From contig JBHGNT010000001.1 of NCBI GenBank assembly GCA_043228905.1, positions 7,006,001-7,070,000 on the forward strand: a stretch of 64,000 nt of DNA, written 5' to 3'. The DNA comes from Azolla caroliniana (Eukaryota > Plantae > Polypodiophyta). Both the position numbers and the translations under genes were made by a program. The notes under the pieces are model-generated. The model was given only the letters and a program-made list of their open reading frames with translations, did not search any database and was not told the DNA's origin. This document shows, piece after piece, positions 28,837-42,061 of the stretch; the first letter of the stretch is position 1; every line of letters starts with the position of its first letter.

Positions 28837-29592
28837 ATGCTCCGCTTGGTAGCCAGTGTCTTGGCGGCTTTTGTTGGATTCTCTGTTGGCCATTCCATAC
28901 CTAAATGGATTGAAAACAGAAGCGAGAAAATTAAGCAGAAGCAGAAGGTGAGCGCAAACTCCTCTTCAGGTTTCATTCAGGATCCATCTCCATCTCCTCA
29001 TCGTCCTATCAAAAAATTATCCATGCGTAAAAATTCGGTCAGAAGGTTCAAACTCTCTGTCAAGAAACATCATCTGATTGATGTTAAACATAGTCGTAAG
29101 AATGACCGAACTAATGATGTCGCCAGTGGGCATAGTAATGCTGAAAATAATATTTTCAATGGTCTTAGGGATGTTCAGAATGTTCGTAATGAAGCCTCTA
29201 AAATTCCATCCACCTCCCTTAAATCATCTGTTACTTCTCGTAGCTACTCGGATATTGAGAATTCCGCATCCGAAGCTGGTGTTCGCTCAGGACTTCACGA
29301 AATCTCTTCAGAATCAATGGAAGCAGCCAAAGCTTCCCGTCTTCGTCAATGGAAAGCAAAGCTTCTCGTCTTGAAATGCAGGGCTTTGGCAAATGATCAT
29401 AGAATGTGGTCTTCATCAAATCAGAAGCTTGAAACAGAATGTATTTCGCCTCCCCCAAAATGGAAGATGGATAACAATGCAAATCTGTTGTTGAGAAATG
29501 CGAAATCTGATTCTCAGTGGATGAGACATGCAATATCGTCATCATCATTGCGTTTCCTCGCTCTAGAAACTAAGTCGGAGAGGGAGAGGTAA
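28837..29592 (+). CDS. Hypothetical protein with N-terminal hydrophobic anchor and basic/Ser-rich body (probably exon 1 of a longer gene)
   Basis: 251-aa open frame downstream of a promoter-like, CT-rich leader. N-terminus MLRLVASVLAAFVGFSVGHSI. A donor-like AG|GTAAA overlaps the stop. No family recognised. Confidence 0.6.
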   Translation: MLRLVASVLAAFVGFSVGHSIPKWIENRSEKIKQKQKVSANSSSGFIQDPSPSPHRPIKKLSMRKNSVRRFKLSVKKHHLIDVKHSRKNDRTNDVASGHSNAENNIFNGLRDVQNVRNEASKIPSTSLKSSVTSRSYSDIENSASEAGVRSGLHEISSESMEAAKASRLRQWKAKLLVLKCRALANDHRMWSSSNQKLETECISPPPKWKMDNNANLLLRNAKSDSQWMRHAISSSSLRFLALETKSERER

Positions 29593-32500
29593 AACTAACT
29601 ATCTCCATATGCTTTACTTCTATGTATGAAGCGGGCGCTCTAGCTGTACAGCAATGCTTCCATTGTTAATTGAACTTTTTCAGTTCATGTACAATGCAAT
29701 CTAGTATATATTCAGGCAAATTTCTGCAGATCTTGTTGCTATTGTGTTTATGTATGTATTTTAACCCGACTGCAAGCTTTGCATAGATCCCTGATTTTAC
29801 TGTTTATATATTTCTGTGTGTGTTACAGCTGATGAAATGTGTGTTGAAATATTGAATAATCTGCATAGCATGAAGTTTATTGCTTAAACATGTCAGGAAT
29901 TGATTCCTGTAGATATTCTTGGATTTTGTGGTCAACGTAATGGTTTGTGATTATGGAAATTGGTGCGCTTTACAATCTTGAACTTTCTTGTGCAGATGAT
30001 AATGAAAATGGAAGTCAGGGGATTGATGGCACCTACATTTTTTGTTCTCCTCTTGTTGCGGTCATGGTTATGTTTTCCCCCTTGTATACATCTATTATGG
30101 TTGTAAATATGATTCTCTCACATCAATAGAGGCAAAATCTACCATTTTCATATTTCTGAAATTCTCTCCATTATTACGCGTTTAGCTATTGTGGATATGT
30201 TACAGCTGGTCGTTGACTTTTCGATTCCACCTTTACAATAGTCTGCTACTTTCCATTGATACCTCCCAACTGCTCACGCTGCCCATTCCTACCCTACCAC
30301 AACCCAAACATACACTTTATTAGTCACTATTGTGTCTCTGTTTGTTGAATCGTTTCCAATGTATACTCCTATGTTTTAGACTCGAATGTTCAAGATATTA
30401 TTCATTATTAAGACCATTCCAGATGTTATTCTTTGTTATCTCTAAGCTAAACTGTTCAAGATATTATTCACCATAAAATTTTCATGTTTGCACCTAAGCA
30501 AATTGATAGTTTTTGTGGTGATGTTTAAGTACAGTAGAGTCCTATCACATTGTAAGATGGACCTACTCAAGACTTTGGCACAAAGAAGTTTCACTAAGTA
30601 TTAACAAACACATTTTAGCATACATTGTATAAAATGTCCTTATTTTGAGTTTGTTAGTGTTAATACATGTGTTGTATAGATGTTGTAATTCTTGAACAGC
30701 TGATAGATTTGAGACTAATTGGTGACCCACGTGACATGTGCTTGGCTAGTAAAGTTTATAAATCTCTCTCTAGCCATTCTAAACACATGAATCTTTTGAT
30801 ATCAAGGTCAAAATCTATTAGTCACATTTCAAAATTTGGAATGGACTGTTCTTTACAACCTAATGAAAACCTAAGTGGTTGCATCTTTTGCATTTAACCC
30901 TGAAAATACCTACTCCTAAAGTAATGGTGTCTTGGAATAGTAAACATTCATAACCTAGGTCTTTGAATTCTTCTGCACAAATAGAGGGGAATACTTTTGT
31001 ATGGTAGGTTCTTTTGCTTCATTCCTAAATGACCAGCCAACCCGAAGGAAAATGTCTTTTTATTCTAGCGTCTTGAAACTAAATGGCTTGGAATATACTT
31101 ATAAATATTTTTTAATCATCGACAGTCAAGTTTGGTATTTGATCAATCGAATTAGAATTGAGACATGATGGCATATGAATATCCATAAGGGCAAACATGG
31201 TCCATGGGATCAATAATTGTTACCAAGCTCTTTGGGTAGTAATGAGGATTTAAAAATGGTAAAACAAAAAGAAAAATCTTAAATGAAGAATGAGACTCAT
31301 TTCATAACATTTTTTTGTTGTAGTGGAGTAGATGAGCAAAGAGTATTCCGACATGGAGAGAGAGATAGAGGTAGAGGGTGGCTTGTGGAGATTCAAGTAA
31401 CCTTTTGTGACTTAAAACGGGGTTGAATGTTATATGGAATAGAATGTTTTCATGTCAAATTAGTCACCTTGTTTCAAGGTTATATATGATAGAATGTGAT
31501 GCTATGGTTCCATTGACAATTTCTAATAAGAATGTTGTAAATGAAAAGTGGTCCAATCTATGGTTTGAACCACATAAAAATGTGTCTTCTTATTGTGGGT
31601 TCAAACTTGGTTCTTATTATATTTACAACGATGTTACAAAAACATGGTTCTACTCTTCAGTTCATTAATTCCATCATCTATGAGTATTTTCTCTCATAAC
31701 CAATTCAAATGACATAATTAACAAGGCGTGTTTTGTGGCATGTTGTATCAATAACACGTAAAAATTTAGCCCAATCTCTTTGTTGTGTTCATGTTTCGAA
31801 ATTTACATTTACTTCATTTCAACTTTCACATTCAAACTATGTGAGTCAATTGTGCTTACCTTGCACTCGACTAATAGATTAGAACACTCAACTACCTCCT
31901 AAATGATTATAGGCCATGCTTGCAATTCAATTTGCACTCGTATAGCTTCCATTGAAGTAAAGATCCTTGTAGGTATTTGGTTGAAATATGAAGATAAGTT
32001 ACAGTTAATGACATGGGTTGGATAGTAACAAATGGCAAAGATGAGAATTTTGAGTGAAACAACTAAAGGAAATTGTTATGAACCTTTATCTCTACCTTCT
32101 ACATTTTTCTAGCAATCTATATGGACTATGTTGAGCCCCTTGGTCAACGTTTGTCTTACATGTTTTGTAAGAAAATCCTAATGACATGTGTTTATGCCAT
32201 GTCCATTGAATGATTGCATATAATGCCTCTTTGGACATGTCATGGGTTGTGTTAACAAAGACTTAGTAGATGAACCAACGATATTGCATTATCAAGTAAG
32301 TTCATTAAATTTACAAAAATCGAACGAAATAATTAATGATGAATAACATATAAAAAAAGAACCTACATGAATATAGCTAATTCCAACCACATGCTTCGTT
32401 CACTCACCCCATTCAAAGAAATTGAGTCCAACATACCATTTGCAATAATCCGTTATGACCAAAATCGTTCGTGGTAACCAATCCCTCTTTGTAGTTTCAT

Positions 32501-33033
32501 TAAATTAGCTGATGGCTTTGTTCCCTTGCTATGTTGGTGAGAAACTCAATCGATTGATCCTGTTACACACTTCAATCAACTCCATAATCTCTATAAAGAT
32601 TCGGAATTTTTGTTTCGATAGAGTTCAAGATTCCCATGATTTTAACATAATCTGTAATGTCACTTGCCGCTTTCTAATGATAATTGAAATCGAAACTCCT
32701 TTTTGTTTCTAAAAGACTGTATGTAATGGCAATTATCATCAGGTGCTTCGAAACGCCGATCCTACCCAAGGCCATTTGGGTAACCTGTGGATTGACCAGT
32801 TTTGTAATTTTACCATTCATCGTCATCACTCTATAGAGTCCGAGGGACTCTGTTTCTGCTTAGGCTCTCGGATGCAGACTTCGTAAAAACCCTAAAAGAA
32901 GAAGGAATAGAAAGAATGTGTTTTCGGCATGAATCATTCCTGGATTCCTCTGTTCTGAGATATTTCCACAGGGATCTATCTCTTCTTCACTTGAACAGAC
33001 CTCAACAATGGTGGTCTTCTGGTTAATGGGTTC

Positions 33034-34692
33034 ATGAGACTTCTCTCGGTGATGCTGCCTCATCCTTCCACAAAGACATTCTTCCATACTTTCCAAAGTT
33101 TCATCAAAGCGAAGAAAGACATAACTGGTCATTTGCAGAGGTACGGCCTTCAGACCCGTCACTGCCTAATCTCTATGCTAGAAGAATTTCAACATATATA
33201 TATTGCCAGGAATGCCTTTGATGAAGGGTTTCCTTTAAGACGAAGAGAAGAATCTCTGTCATCTCTTATCCAAAGGTATGTTAAATGTGGCGAATTGAGG
33301 TATGCTCTCACGCTGTATGAGATGGGCTCTCCATGTCTCGTAGATGGGAGTGCTTTTCTCTCTCTATTGAAAGCTTGTGGTCAGCTTAAAGATGCCGAAA
33401 GTGGCCGTGGGATCTATGCGGAAGTTGCTCGAAATGGTCTTCTAGACCATGATCCTTTCATTGGTAGTGCGCTTGTTGATATGCAGGCCAAATGTGGCTT
33501 ATTAGTAGAATCTCGGGAGGTTTTTGATAATCTTAGGGTCAAGGATGTGGTGACCTGGACGGCATTGATTGGTGGATATGCTGATCACGGCTATGGCATA
33601 GAAGCACTCGAATGCTTTCAACTTATGCAACTCGCTCGAGTCTTCCCCAATGAGGTCACATATGCATGCTGTTTGAAAGCTTGCGGTGCCATTAGCGCGA
33701 CTGAGAAAGGAAAAGAGATCCATGATGTTATTGAAAGAAAAGGATTCTTGAAAACATGTGGGCTCGTTAGTAACACACTAATCGACATGTATGGGAAATG
33801 TGGTATGCTAGGAAAAGCAAAGGAAGTATTCAATAAGCTTAAGAAACGTGATGTGGTATCGTGGACTGCCCTTATTGGTGGGTATATTCAACATGGGCAT
33901 TCTGAAGAGGCATTGAAGTGCTTCGAACAGATGCAACACAACGGTGTTTCTCCAAGTGCTCTCACATTCTCCTGCATCCTCAAAGCTTGTGGCACCCTTG
34001 GAGCCCTAGATAAGGGCAGGGAGGTGCATTCTAAGCTTTTAAGTGAAGGATTATTAAAGACAAACCTCTTTGTTGGCAATGCATTGATCGATATGTATGC
34101 GAAATGTGGTATTTTATCAAAAGCACAAGAAGTTTTCGATGAGCTGCCTGTTCATGATTTGGTCTCGTGGAATGCATTGGTAACTGGATATGCTCTCCTT
34201 GCAGAGGTCGAAAATGTCATTTTTGTTTTTGAAAGAATGAAGAGGGAAGGAAGGAAACCTGACATGGTCACATTTGTTAGTATTCTAAACGCTTGTAGTC
34301 ATTCAGGTCTCATAGAGATGGGAGAAATGTACTATAAACTCATATGTGTCGATTATGGCATTGCTCCAACTTTAGAGCATTATACATGCATGATTGATCT
34401 CCTTAGTAGAGCTGGTCAACTAGAGCAAGCAGTTGCAATGATGAAAAGCACACAATTGCATCCGAACATGGTTTTATGGCTTACTATACTAGGTGCTTGT
34501 TGTAAGTGGGGTGATGTGGAACTTGGAAGGCATGCTTTTGAGGAGATATTGCGGCTGGATGAGAAAGAAGATTCGGCTTATGTGTGTATGTATAATATCT
34601 ATGCATATGCAGACATGCCATGTGAAGCAAAGGAAGTGGATGCGATGAGAGAGAAAAACGAAACAAGGAGAAATTTGTGCATGCTTGATTGA
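33034..34692 (+). CDS. PLS-class pentatricopeptide repeat protein, E subclass (no DYW)
   Basis: Intronless 552-aa ORF with P-L-S triplets (VVSWTALIGGY / TFSCILKACG / VGNALIDMYAKCG), P2-L2-S2 (LEHYTCMIDLLSRAG), E1 (WLTILGAC) and E2 (AYVCMYNIY). Confidence 0.95.
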   Translation: MRLLSVMLPHPSTKTFFHTFQSFIKAKKDITGHLQRYGLQTRHCLISMLEEFQHIYIARNAFDEGFPLRRREESLSSLIQRYVKCGELRYALTLYEMGSPCLVDGSAFLSLLKACGQLKDAESGRGIYAEVARNGLLDHDPFIGSALVDMQAKCGLLVESREVFDNLRVKDVVTWTALIGGYADHGYGIEALECFQLMQLARVFPNEVTYACCLKACGAISATEKGKEIHDVIERKGFLKTCGLVSNTLIDMYGKCGMLGKAKEVFNKLKKRDVVSWTALIGGYIQHGHSEEALKCFEQMQHNGVSPSALTFSCILKACGTLGALDKGREVHSKLLSEGLLKTNLFVGNALIDMYAKCGILSKAQEVFDELPVHDLVSWNALVTGYALLAEVENVIFVFERMKREGRKPDMVTFVSILNACSHSGLIEMGEMYYKLICVDYGIAPTLEHYTCMIDLLSRAGQLEQAVAMMKSTQLHPNMVLWLTILGACCKWGDVELGRHAFEEILRLDEKEDSAYVCMYNIYAYADMPCEAKEVDAMREKNETRRNLCMLD

Positions 34693-37600
34693 AGACTTCC
34701 AAAGGTTGTCCTGATAATTATTCATTACCCAATTCATGAATCCATAAGATAAAACAGTTGATTGACCAAATATTATTCGGTTGGATTTGTGAACGCTCAT
34801 TTGCTCATGATGGTCTGTAAAGAATTGGCGACAGGGAACATTGATTGCCTTGAGGATAAAAGTAAGGGGGATGAAATCTTTCATTGGGTTCGGTCATTTG
34901 ATCATGGAGTCTAAACCTTCTTAGTGATCCATTATGTCCTGAAGGGATTGGGTTAGTGAGGCTACACATTACACACTGGCCAGTTATGAAGTTGGGACAA
35001 AGTAAGAAACTATTAATAATATTTGACAATGGTATGGTTTGGAAACCTGCTACCTGGACATGATTTCCAATGGAAGTAAACTAATGGCTTCAACAAACTA
35101 TTGGTGCATGACATCTGGTGCATGGTCGGAAGGAATCACATATTAACTTTATTTCAAATGTGACTTTTAAGATATTATCATAGCCCCCCCTTACTATAAT
35201 GGACAGTAGAGGACATAAACAACAACTTTCATAATCGTTGGAATTTGATACCTCTGGTTACACTCTTCTTGTGCTCATAAACATATAATTTAGACTGTTG
35301 TCGCATGTAGAGCTGTGTTATGAAGAATGATTGGATTCAACTTGTTCAAGCTTCTTCCTTAATCGCGGTCCTCATTTATCATATGTTACACAAACTCCAT
35401 GATGTGATTTGAAATGCAGAGCAAGCAACTCTTTCTCGTTTCTTCTTTATGGCTTCTCACCAATGGTTGCCAATCGACCTACTTACCATTTATCCTATAT
35501 AACTAACTTCTTTTTTATTATAACTGTCTTAAGGGTGGCTTATTTAAAAGCTCTACTTAACCAATTCTTATGCTTGTTTTAGTTATTTTCTTTGGATGCA
35601 AACTCAAACTTACATGATTACATCCCATAGATTAACAATCAATTGCTCTATTGACAGATCTAGTATTAGATGAGAAAAAAATTATTGAGTGGAAAGAAGT
35701 TGACCTTGCACCTGGCAATGCGTTTTTATCCCCATCTCTGGGAGTTGGCAATGGTTGGGTTTGAGTCAAATCAAACTGCAAAACCATGATGTAATGTCTT
35801 AACCCCTCGGTTTATATTCACAAATGTAAATAGTTTGGTTTGACTTGGGAGTTCACGGGTTTGTTTTGAGCCTTTATTTGCTTAATGGTTTGCGGTTTAC
35901 CATGTAATATGTATATAAATTTTTGACGTTGAATGCCAATGGTTGAAGTCCACTTATCTCTAGCTTGTGATCCTAGTCAATTCATTTGTGGCTTGTTCAT
36001 GTCTTAAGTTGTGACCGAGGGGTGGAACCAAATGAAGTAAGGTAAGTGGAGGGGGTGATACAAACAACCAATACCTTTTGTAGGCGACGAGTGAATATGC
36101 ATGCTAGCCCTTGTGCATTTGGACTAGTATGTAAATGCAAGTCTCAAGCTTGAGAAGACAAACTTTAGAACACACCATGACTTTGTTAATAGTCTTGCTC
36201 CTCTTTTTCCTTCACTCACATATTTCTTCTATTTTTGAGACAGAGCATGAGTACACGGTTGTTAAACCAAGAAAACGTAAAAAAACCATTGCAACTTTGC
36301 TAATCTACTAGAACATTTGTTGAGCATTCTTTGGAATGTTGAAAAGAGCTTTTGAGATTTCAAAGAGTGCATATATACCAATATAGAATTAAAGCACACT
36401 CCCCAATTAGTTACAACTTTGTATTGCGTAATTTTGCATGGTGTAGTTGAATGTTGGGTTGTATATATGGAGTAATGACTTCAAGCTAATTGTTTTGGAT
36501 TAGCAAATCAATTAATCAAAGAGAAAGTTTTCTATTATTCATAATGAAAATCAAGGTAATTTTACGAAATAGATATTCTTGTTTTTTGCACAATTGAAGG
36601 GTCAACTAATTTAACAATCTATAGCTTGCAATACAAAAATAATTATATTTATTTCCATGAATTTTCTACTATTTAAGAAGGGAAAAACTCCTCACAAGTC
36701 TATCAGCCTGAGATAAGTAAAATCGGCAATGATTTGGTTTAGTTTGGGAGTTTCGAATCAAAAAATTTGAAATGCAAACTGAATTGTGAAACCTTTAAAT
36801 CAAAACCATTCAAACCAAACTATTGAGGATTTTCAATCTCTAACTAAACTAGACCATACCTCCCTGCTTACAACATTACTCCATCTAACCCCATTCCAAA
36901 TAATGTTTCCCCTTTTCAACATACCTCTCTGTACCTTGCAACTTGCCCATGCCCTCGCCCTCTCGATCCCTCGTCTAATCATATTAGACCCCTCCCACCT
37001 TCCCTACTTGAGTGTACCCATACGTTTTCTATAAGTGTTCCTAAGTTTGTAATCACTTTGGCAACTTTGGGCATCCCCACCCCTCTACCTAACCTTACTA
37101 AACATCACATCACCAACGACACCCACAACATGTTTGGCGACACCCCACACTACACCATACACGTAGCTCAAATGGCTACTCATTAGCCACCCCACGATGT
37201 TTTTTCAGATGACTTACTTGATGCAAATGTTCCCATAGAACCAATCTTTTCAAATTATGAAAATCAAACTCTGACTTTGAACCATAGAGCCAATATTAGC
37301 TTATTATGGGCTTAAAACCACCAACACATGCCCCCTAGCCCATGACAAAACATGTCACATACCACCAACCCCATACTACACATATTTGTCGTTTCTTAAA
37401 TAGTTTTGTATTGAAAGAAATACAAAAGACAGATACAAGAATTGTTGAAACACTCCCCATATGTTAGAACAAAAATGTGTCTAGTTTCATATTCACAAAA
37501 TCTTGTTCTAGTGTTTAAACCAAACCCAATTTTGCCATCATATGAAATTGTTGATCTAAAGAAATCTTACTCTTCCCATCTTGAAATTCATGTTGTTCAT

Positions 37601-38149
37601 AAAACCTCTCTTTGCAAGAAAATGACTTTCTCCTTCCTCAACATGACACCATTGCACGCATTTCAACACACTTTGCCAAGAATTGAACAAGTGTTAAACC
37701 ATCACAAATCTTGAAAATTGTGTTGGCTTATCACTTTCACTATGTTCTACTAGGAAGCCACCATTTTGTTTTTACAAATATAATCCTTGCTTTTTCTATA
37801 AAGTAAATAACCATTTCTATTCAAGTTTATTTACCCTAAAACATTGCTCGTCAAAACAGAGATCTTTGAGCCAAATATGTTCATATATATCACATTGCAA
37901 TGATTTACAAGGCCATAATAACAACAATCCATGAGTCTCAAACATAGTAGTAAAGATAAAAATCAATGGACAAACATATGTTTGTATAGATCACAAGTAA
38001 ACCCACAACAACATCAATCTAGAAGTGTTCATCATTTGATGATTATTTTTTATGTGAGAAGATGTTGACAAGACACGAGCCTTGAAACTCACATGTCCTA
38101 TAATGCAATACATAGTAGTGCCTATTGCCCACCATGTATATAGCAACAT

Positions 38150-38560
38150 GTATGGATATGTTATTGGAAGTCGACACCTACCTTAGGTTTCCTACACACT
38201 TAACTATAGTGTTGAGTAGTTATAACAACTATGTTCTAACCCAAAGTGTCCTTAGAAGGGGTCGTTTATGCTGCTTGTCCTCCTTCTAACTAAGGCCTAA
38301 GGTACATTGAATATTTGGTCCCTTAAGGTCGAACAACGTTGTTGTCCATCCAAGCATAACATTCCTCGTAACAACAGAAGGCAATTCACATCATCATTTT
38401 CCTCTTCATTGTGGATCCTCTAACATAAGGTAGGTTTTAGATCAACGAGAGCATATGAAGCTGAGCTTTATTCCCCTATGGATCATATTTGGTTCATTTA
38501 ACTCTTAGGCATTTGGACATCAAAGTGATTGAGGCTGTGTTGGACAATTGTTGGCCACTT
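38150..38560 (-). mobile_element. Highly degraded Ty3/Gypsy-like integrase-region fragment (tentative)
   Basis: The minus strand reads GMLCLDGQ...NDPF*GHFGLEHS, reminiscent of the integrase zinc-finger 'HD..xGHFG' region. Many stops. Confidence 0.3.
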
Positions 38561-38934
38561 GGGAAGAGGTGATTGTTTGGATAATTTGTTCGCCCGACCG
38601 ATTACTCACCAAATATATAAGTAACGAAATAATCTCCTATGCAACAAATGAGTAGCGAGACATTAATACTAATGAAGGAAATCTCCCCTTCATTAGTATT
38701 AATCACCTATGCAACAAAAAAGAGTAGCGAGACACACTGATTTTACTTAGTAAAATAGGGATATGTATAGATTAAATCGTCGAAAATAGCTAATTAAGAA
38801 ATAGATAAATAAATATAGTATATATATACATACAATTCAAGGGACTCCGTCTGTGCAGAGAGGGGTGCCCCCTGTTGCAGGGCGCCATCATCAACATCCC
38901 TCGCCTTTTTCCTCCACCATACACACATACTCAG

Positions 38935-40305
38935 GTAAATTCCTTGTAAACCCTAACCCTAATCTTCGCATTTCCTCTGCTTTTGCCCCCCCCCCCCCCT
39001 CCGTACTCCGACCTGCTTTTGAGCAGAGTTTGTTTGCTTTGTTTTAGGGTTCTGATCCCTCTAGGTTTTCACCGACGAAGTGAGTTGTCTTTTTCGTTAG
39101 AACACCCTAACCCTTTCTTTGTTTTTTTCCCTGCGCTTTTTTTTTGGGGAGAGGAACCAAAAGTTTGTAGGGCTATATCTCTGTATTTTTTGCACAGGAA
39201 AAGTGGGATTTCGCCGACTTTTTTGTATTTTGGAAGATCCATGTAATGGTGTAGAATGATTCGCAGGAAACCCTAACTTCCGTCATTATGCACAGAAAGC
39301 CCTAATTTTTTTCATGATTCCATTTGTAAACATACCTTTTTCACGATTATATGACTTATGACTCTGCGTGAAAACCTAATTTATTGAATGATGGTTAGGA
39401 ATCTCTAGTACTTGTTTCCTGTGATGCTTACCATGAACAGAAAATAGATTCCAATCTCTGTCATTAGCTTACTATACAATTATACTTTTTGTCAACATTT
39501 TATGCTTTTCTTTAAAATTTTGATGGCTTGATGCTTTCTTAGGTATTTTTCATGTTGTTTGTTTTCGTTTATGGCATAAAGCACACCGTTTAAAAGGAGA
39601 TCCTGTATATCAAATTTCAGGTTCTTCAATCCCTCTTTCATTGGGATCTATCTGTGGTGTTTAAACATTCTGGTTGGAATCTTCTAGGTAAGATTTAAAG
39701 CCATGATGTGAATGGATATGTATGCAAATGGAACTCCATGATAGAACTAATGGTTACATGTGTATTACAATGTCTTTATCTGCCTGTGAATTGTATACAT
39801 ATATATGATGAAATTAATATGTATGATGTGTCGTGAAATGCCTGTTTATGTGTTTGTGTATGGCTTTGAATGTGTATAAGTAGATTTGACACCATGATGA
39901 AATTAATAACATCTCCAAAGGTGTACAAATGTCTGGAGGTGTGTATCTTCATATACATACACACATGTAAGCCATGCATCTGCATATCATATTTCTATAT
40001 CTTCGTGGACATACATACACAGTACTTACGCATATCACATTTTGAAGGTGTTCTGAACTTGTATGCAGAGAAAGGGCTCTTGAGAGAGATGTTTATTCCC
40101 TGTGAAGTGTTAAATAAGTTGTATATTGACTTTGCGTTTCTCCCTGTAGTTTTGTTTCTGTACTCAACATACATCCACAAATGTTGACAAACATACATAC
40201 ACAAACACATTCTTCGATAAAGTATATTCTTTGGCTAATTATCTAGCAAGTTCAGGAGGCATCATATTATGCTCAATTTCTGTTTTGGAAGCCTGCTTCT
40301 TACAG
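38935..40305 (+). other. Probable 5'-UTR intron of the SAP gene
   Basis: Donor CAG|GTAAAT at 38935 follows a TATA-like region and a pyrimidine-rich leader. Acceptor TTCTTACAG| ends at 40305, 37 nt before the ATG. Confidence 0.65.
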
Positions 40306-40342
40306 GATTCTTGGAAGAGTGGGTTTACTGTGTGTAATAGAA

Positions 40343-40837
40343 ATGGAGCAAGAGAGCCGAGTGGAGAATGAAGAGACCGCATCTCGCCAACCGCCAGAGG
40401 GACCGGTACTATGTGTAAACAATTGTGGCTTCTTTGGAAATGCCACAACAATGAACCTTTGCTCCCAGTGCTACCGAAATGTTGTGATGAAGCAAGCAAA
40501 AGCCACAGAATCAATTGCATCCACATCATCCAAACAGAATATTCCGGAAGAACCTCAACCAATTCAACCAGTGCTTGTCACAGAGGTTGAGATCAAATCG
40601 GGAAATGAGTACTTATCGTCATCGACACCATCTGTACCGCCCACTCCTAATCGGTGTTTCACATGCAATAAAAGAGTTGGTCTAACTGGATTCAAGTGTA
40701 AATGTGGAAATCAGTTCTGTGGTCTCCATCGATACACAGATAAGCATAACTGCTCCTTCGATTATCGTGCTGCAGGGAGAGAAGCAATATCAAAGGCTAA
40801 CCCCATCATCAAAGCTGAAAAGATTGACAAAATATGA
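40343..40837 (+). CDS. SAP: A20/AN1 zinc-finger stress-associated protein, 164 aa
   Basis: A20 finger LCVNNCGFFGNATTMNLCSQCY, AN1 finger RCFTCNKRVGLTGFKCKCGNQFCGLHRYTDKHNCSFDY, and C-terminal ANPIIKAEKIDKI. The true ATG is at 40343. Confidence 0.97.
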   Translation: MEQESRVENEETASRQPPEGPVLCVNNCGFFGNATTMNLCSQCYRNVVMKQAKATESIASTSSKQNIPEEPQPIQPVLVTEVEIKSGNEYLSSSTPSVPPTPNRCFTCNKRVGLTGFKCKCGNQFCGLHRYTDKHNCSFDYRAAGREAISKANPIIKAEKIDKI

Positions 40838-42061
40838 AAGCTGTGCTTTGGTCCTTGGCATTTGTGGTATTTGGCATATGTTTGTTGCTTCATTTCCTGT
40901 GGTTCGGTTTTGTTTTGTCAATCTATTCTAGACTTTATTATAAGCATCCCCTAAAGATTGACAACTCTTCACTTCTCGTCATTGTAATTGTGTAGATAAA
41001 TTAGTAAATTTGGTCTACCTTTGGTTCATGCAAAGGCTTCTATGTTCTATGATGTTTTTGTTGTAATTCGTTGAGCACGGTGTGGCCAGTTGTTACAGTA
41101 TGGTTTGTTGGCTATTACGTCCTATGTTTTGTTCAGCTGATTGATAGCAAAAGTGTACCCAATTGTGTTATAGGTATGTTGTTGACTGGCTTCTATGTTC
41201 TACATTTGTTTGTGCAACAGTTTTTATGTAATTGGTTTTTTTATAAACAAGTAATAGAGTTGGCATTTATTCAATTATATCTTCTGTCTGAATCCTGATC
41301 AAGTAATTGTCTTTACAAAGCTTTAAGCTTAGTTCTAGAAATGCTAAATTTGTATTTATGCACTTTCTTATTCACTACAGAACAAGGAAAAGAATGTCTG
41401 AAACTATGATGAATTTATTTATGCAATTGCATAGTAAAGAATGTAAATGTGGGTGGCTTGAAGAAACCAAGTACTTACGAGGAATTAAGTGCTTATAAAA
41501 CATATTCAACTTTCAATTGAGTTGCAGCTTTTTTTTTAAGTTCGTTTCTCCACATATTCAATGGAAGTGTTAGGTGATATCCATCCAATATAAGCATCAT
41601 TCAATCTTTACATAATTTTCCGAAAATGAAGTGTCGTACAACGACAGGAATTATACATGATTGTTCTAGTATATGAAAGGTTTTCCAACATTGAAATAGC
41701 TGGAAAACCTACATGGCATATACTATTTTGATTATGTAGATTTTAACCATGTAATTTGCCATTTTAAACCCAACATTTCTTTTTCAAACATGATGAAGTT
41801 CATTGCTATCGTGATTTGGTCAAAGAATCATTTAAGAACATAGGGGCATATGGACAGCCATATACTATACATATACAAAATGGATGCAAGATAAATACAT
41901 ATACAAGAGGATAATTCAATACAAGATTAAACCATGAATTAGGTCAAAGCTTAATATGTAACAAATTTGCAAATTGCAACTGTGAAATATATGACAGTTC
42001 ATAATATGGCATATAGAATATTGGTTACGAGGAGTTCGATATGCACCAACTGAAAAGAGTT

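Noticed and set aside
32105-32150. NLYGLC*APW, resembling a retrotransposon RT motif
   Set aside because: Too short and interrupted to assign.
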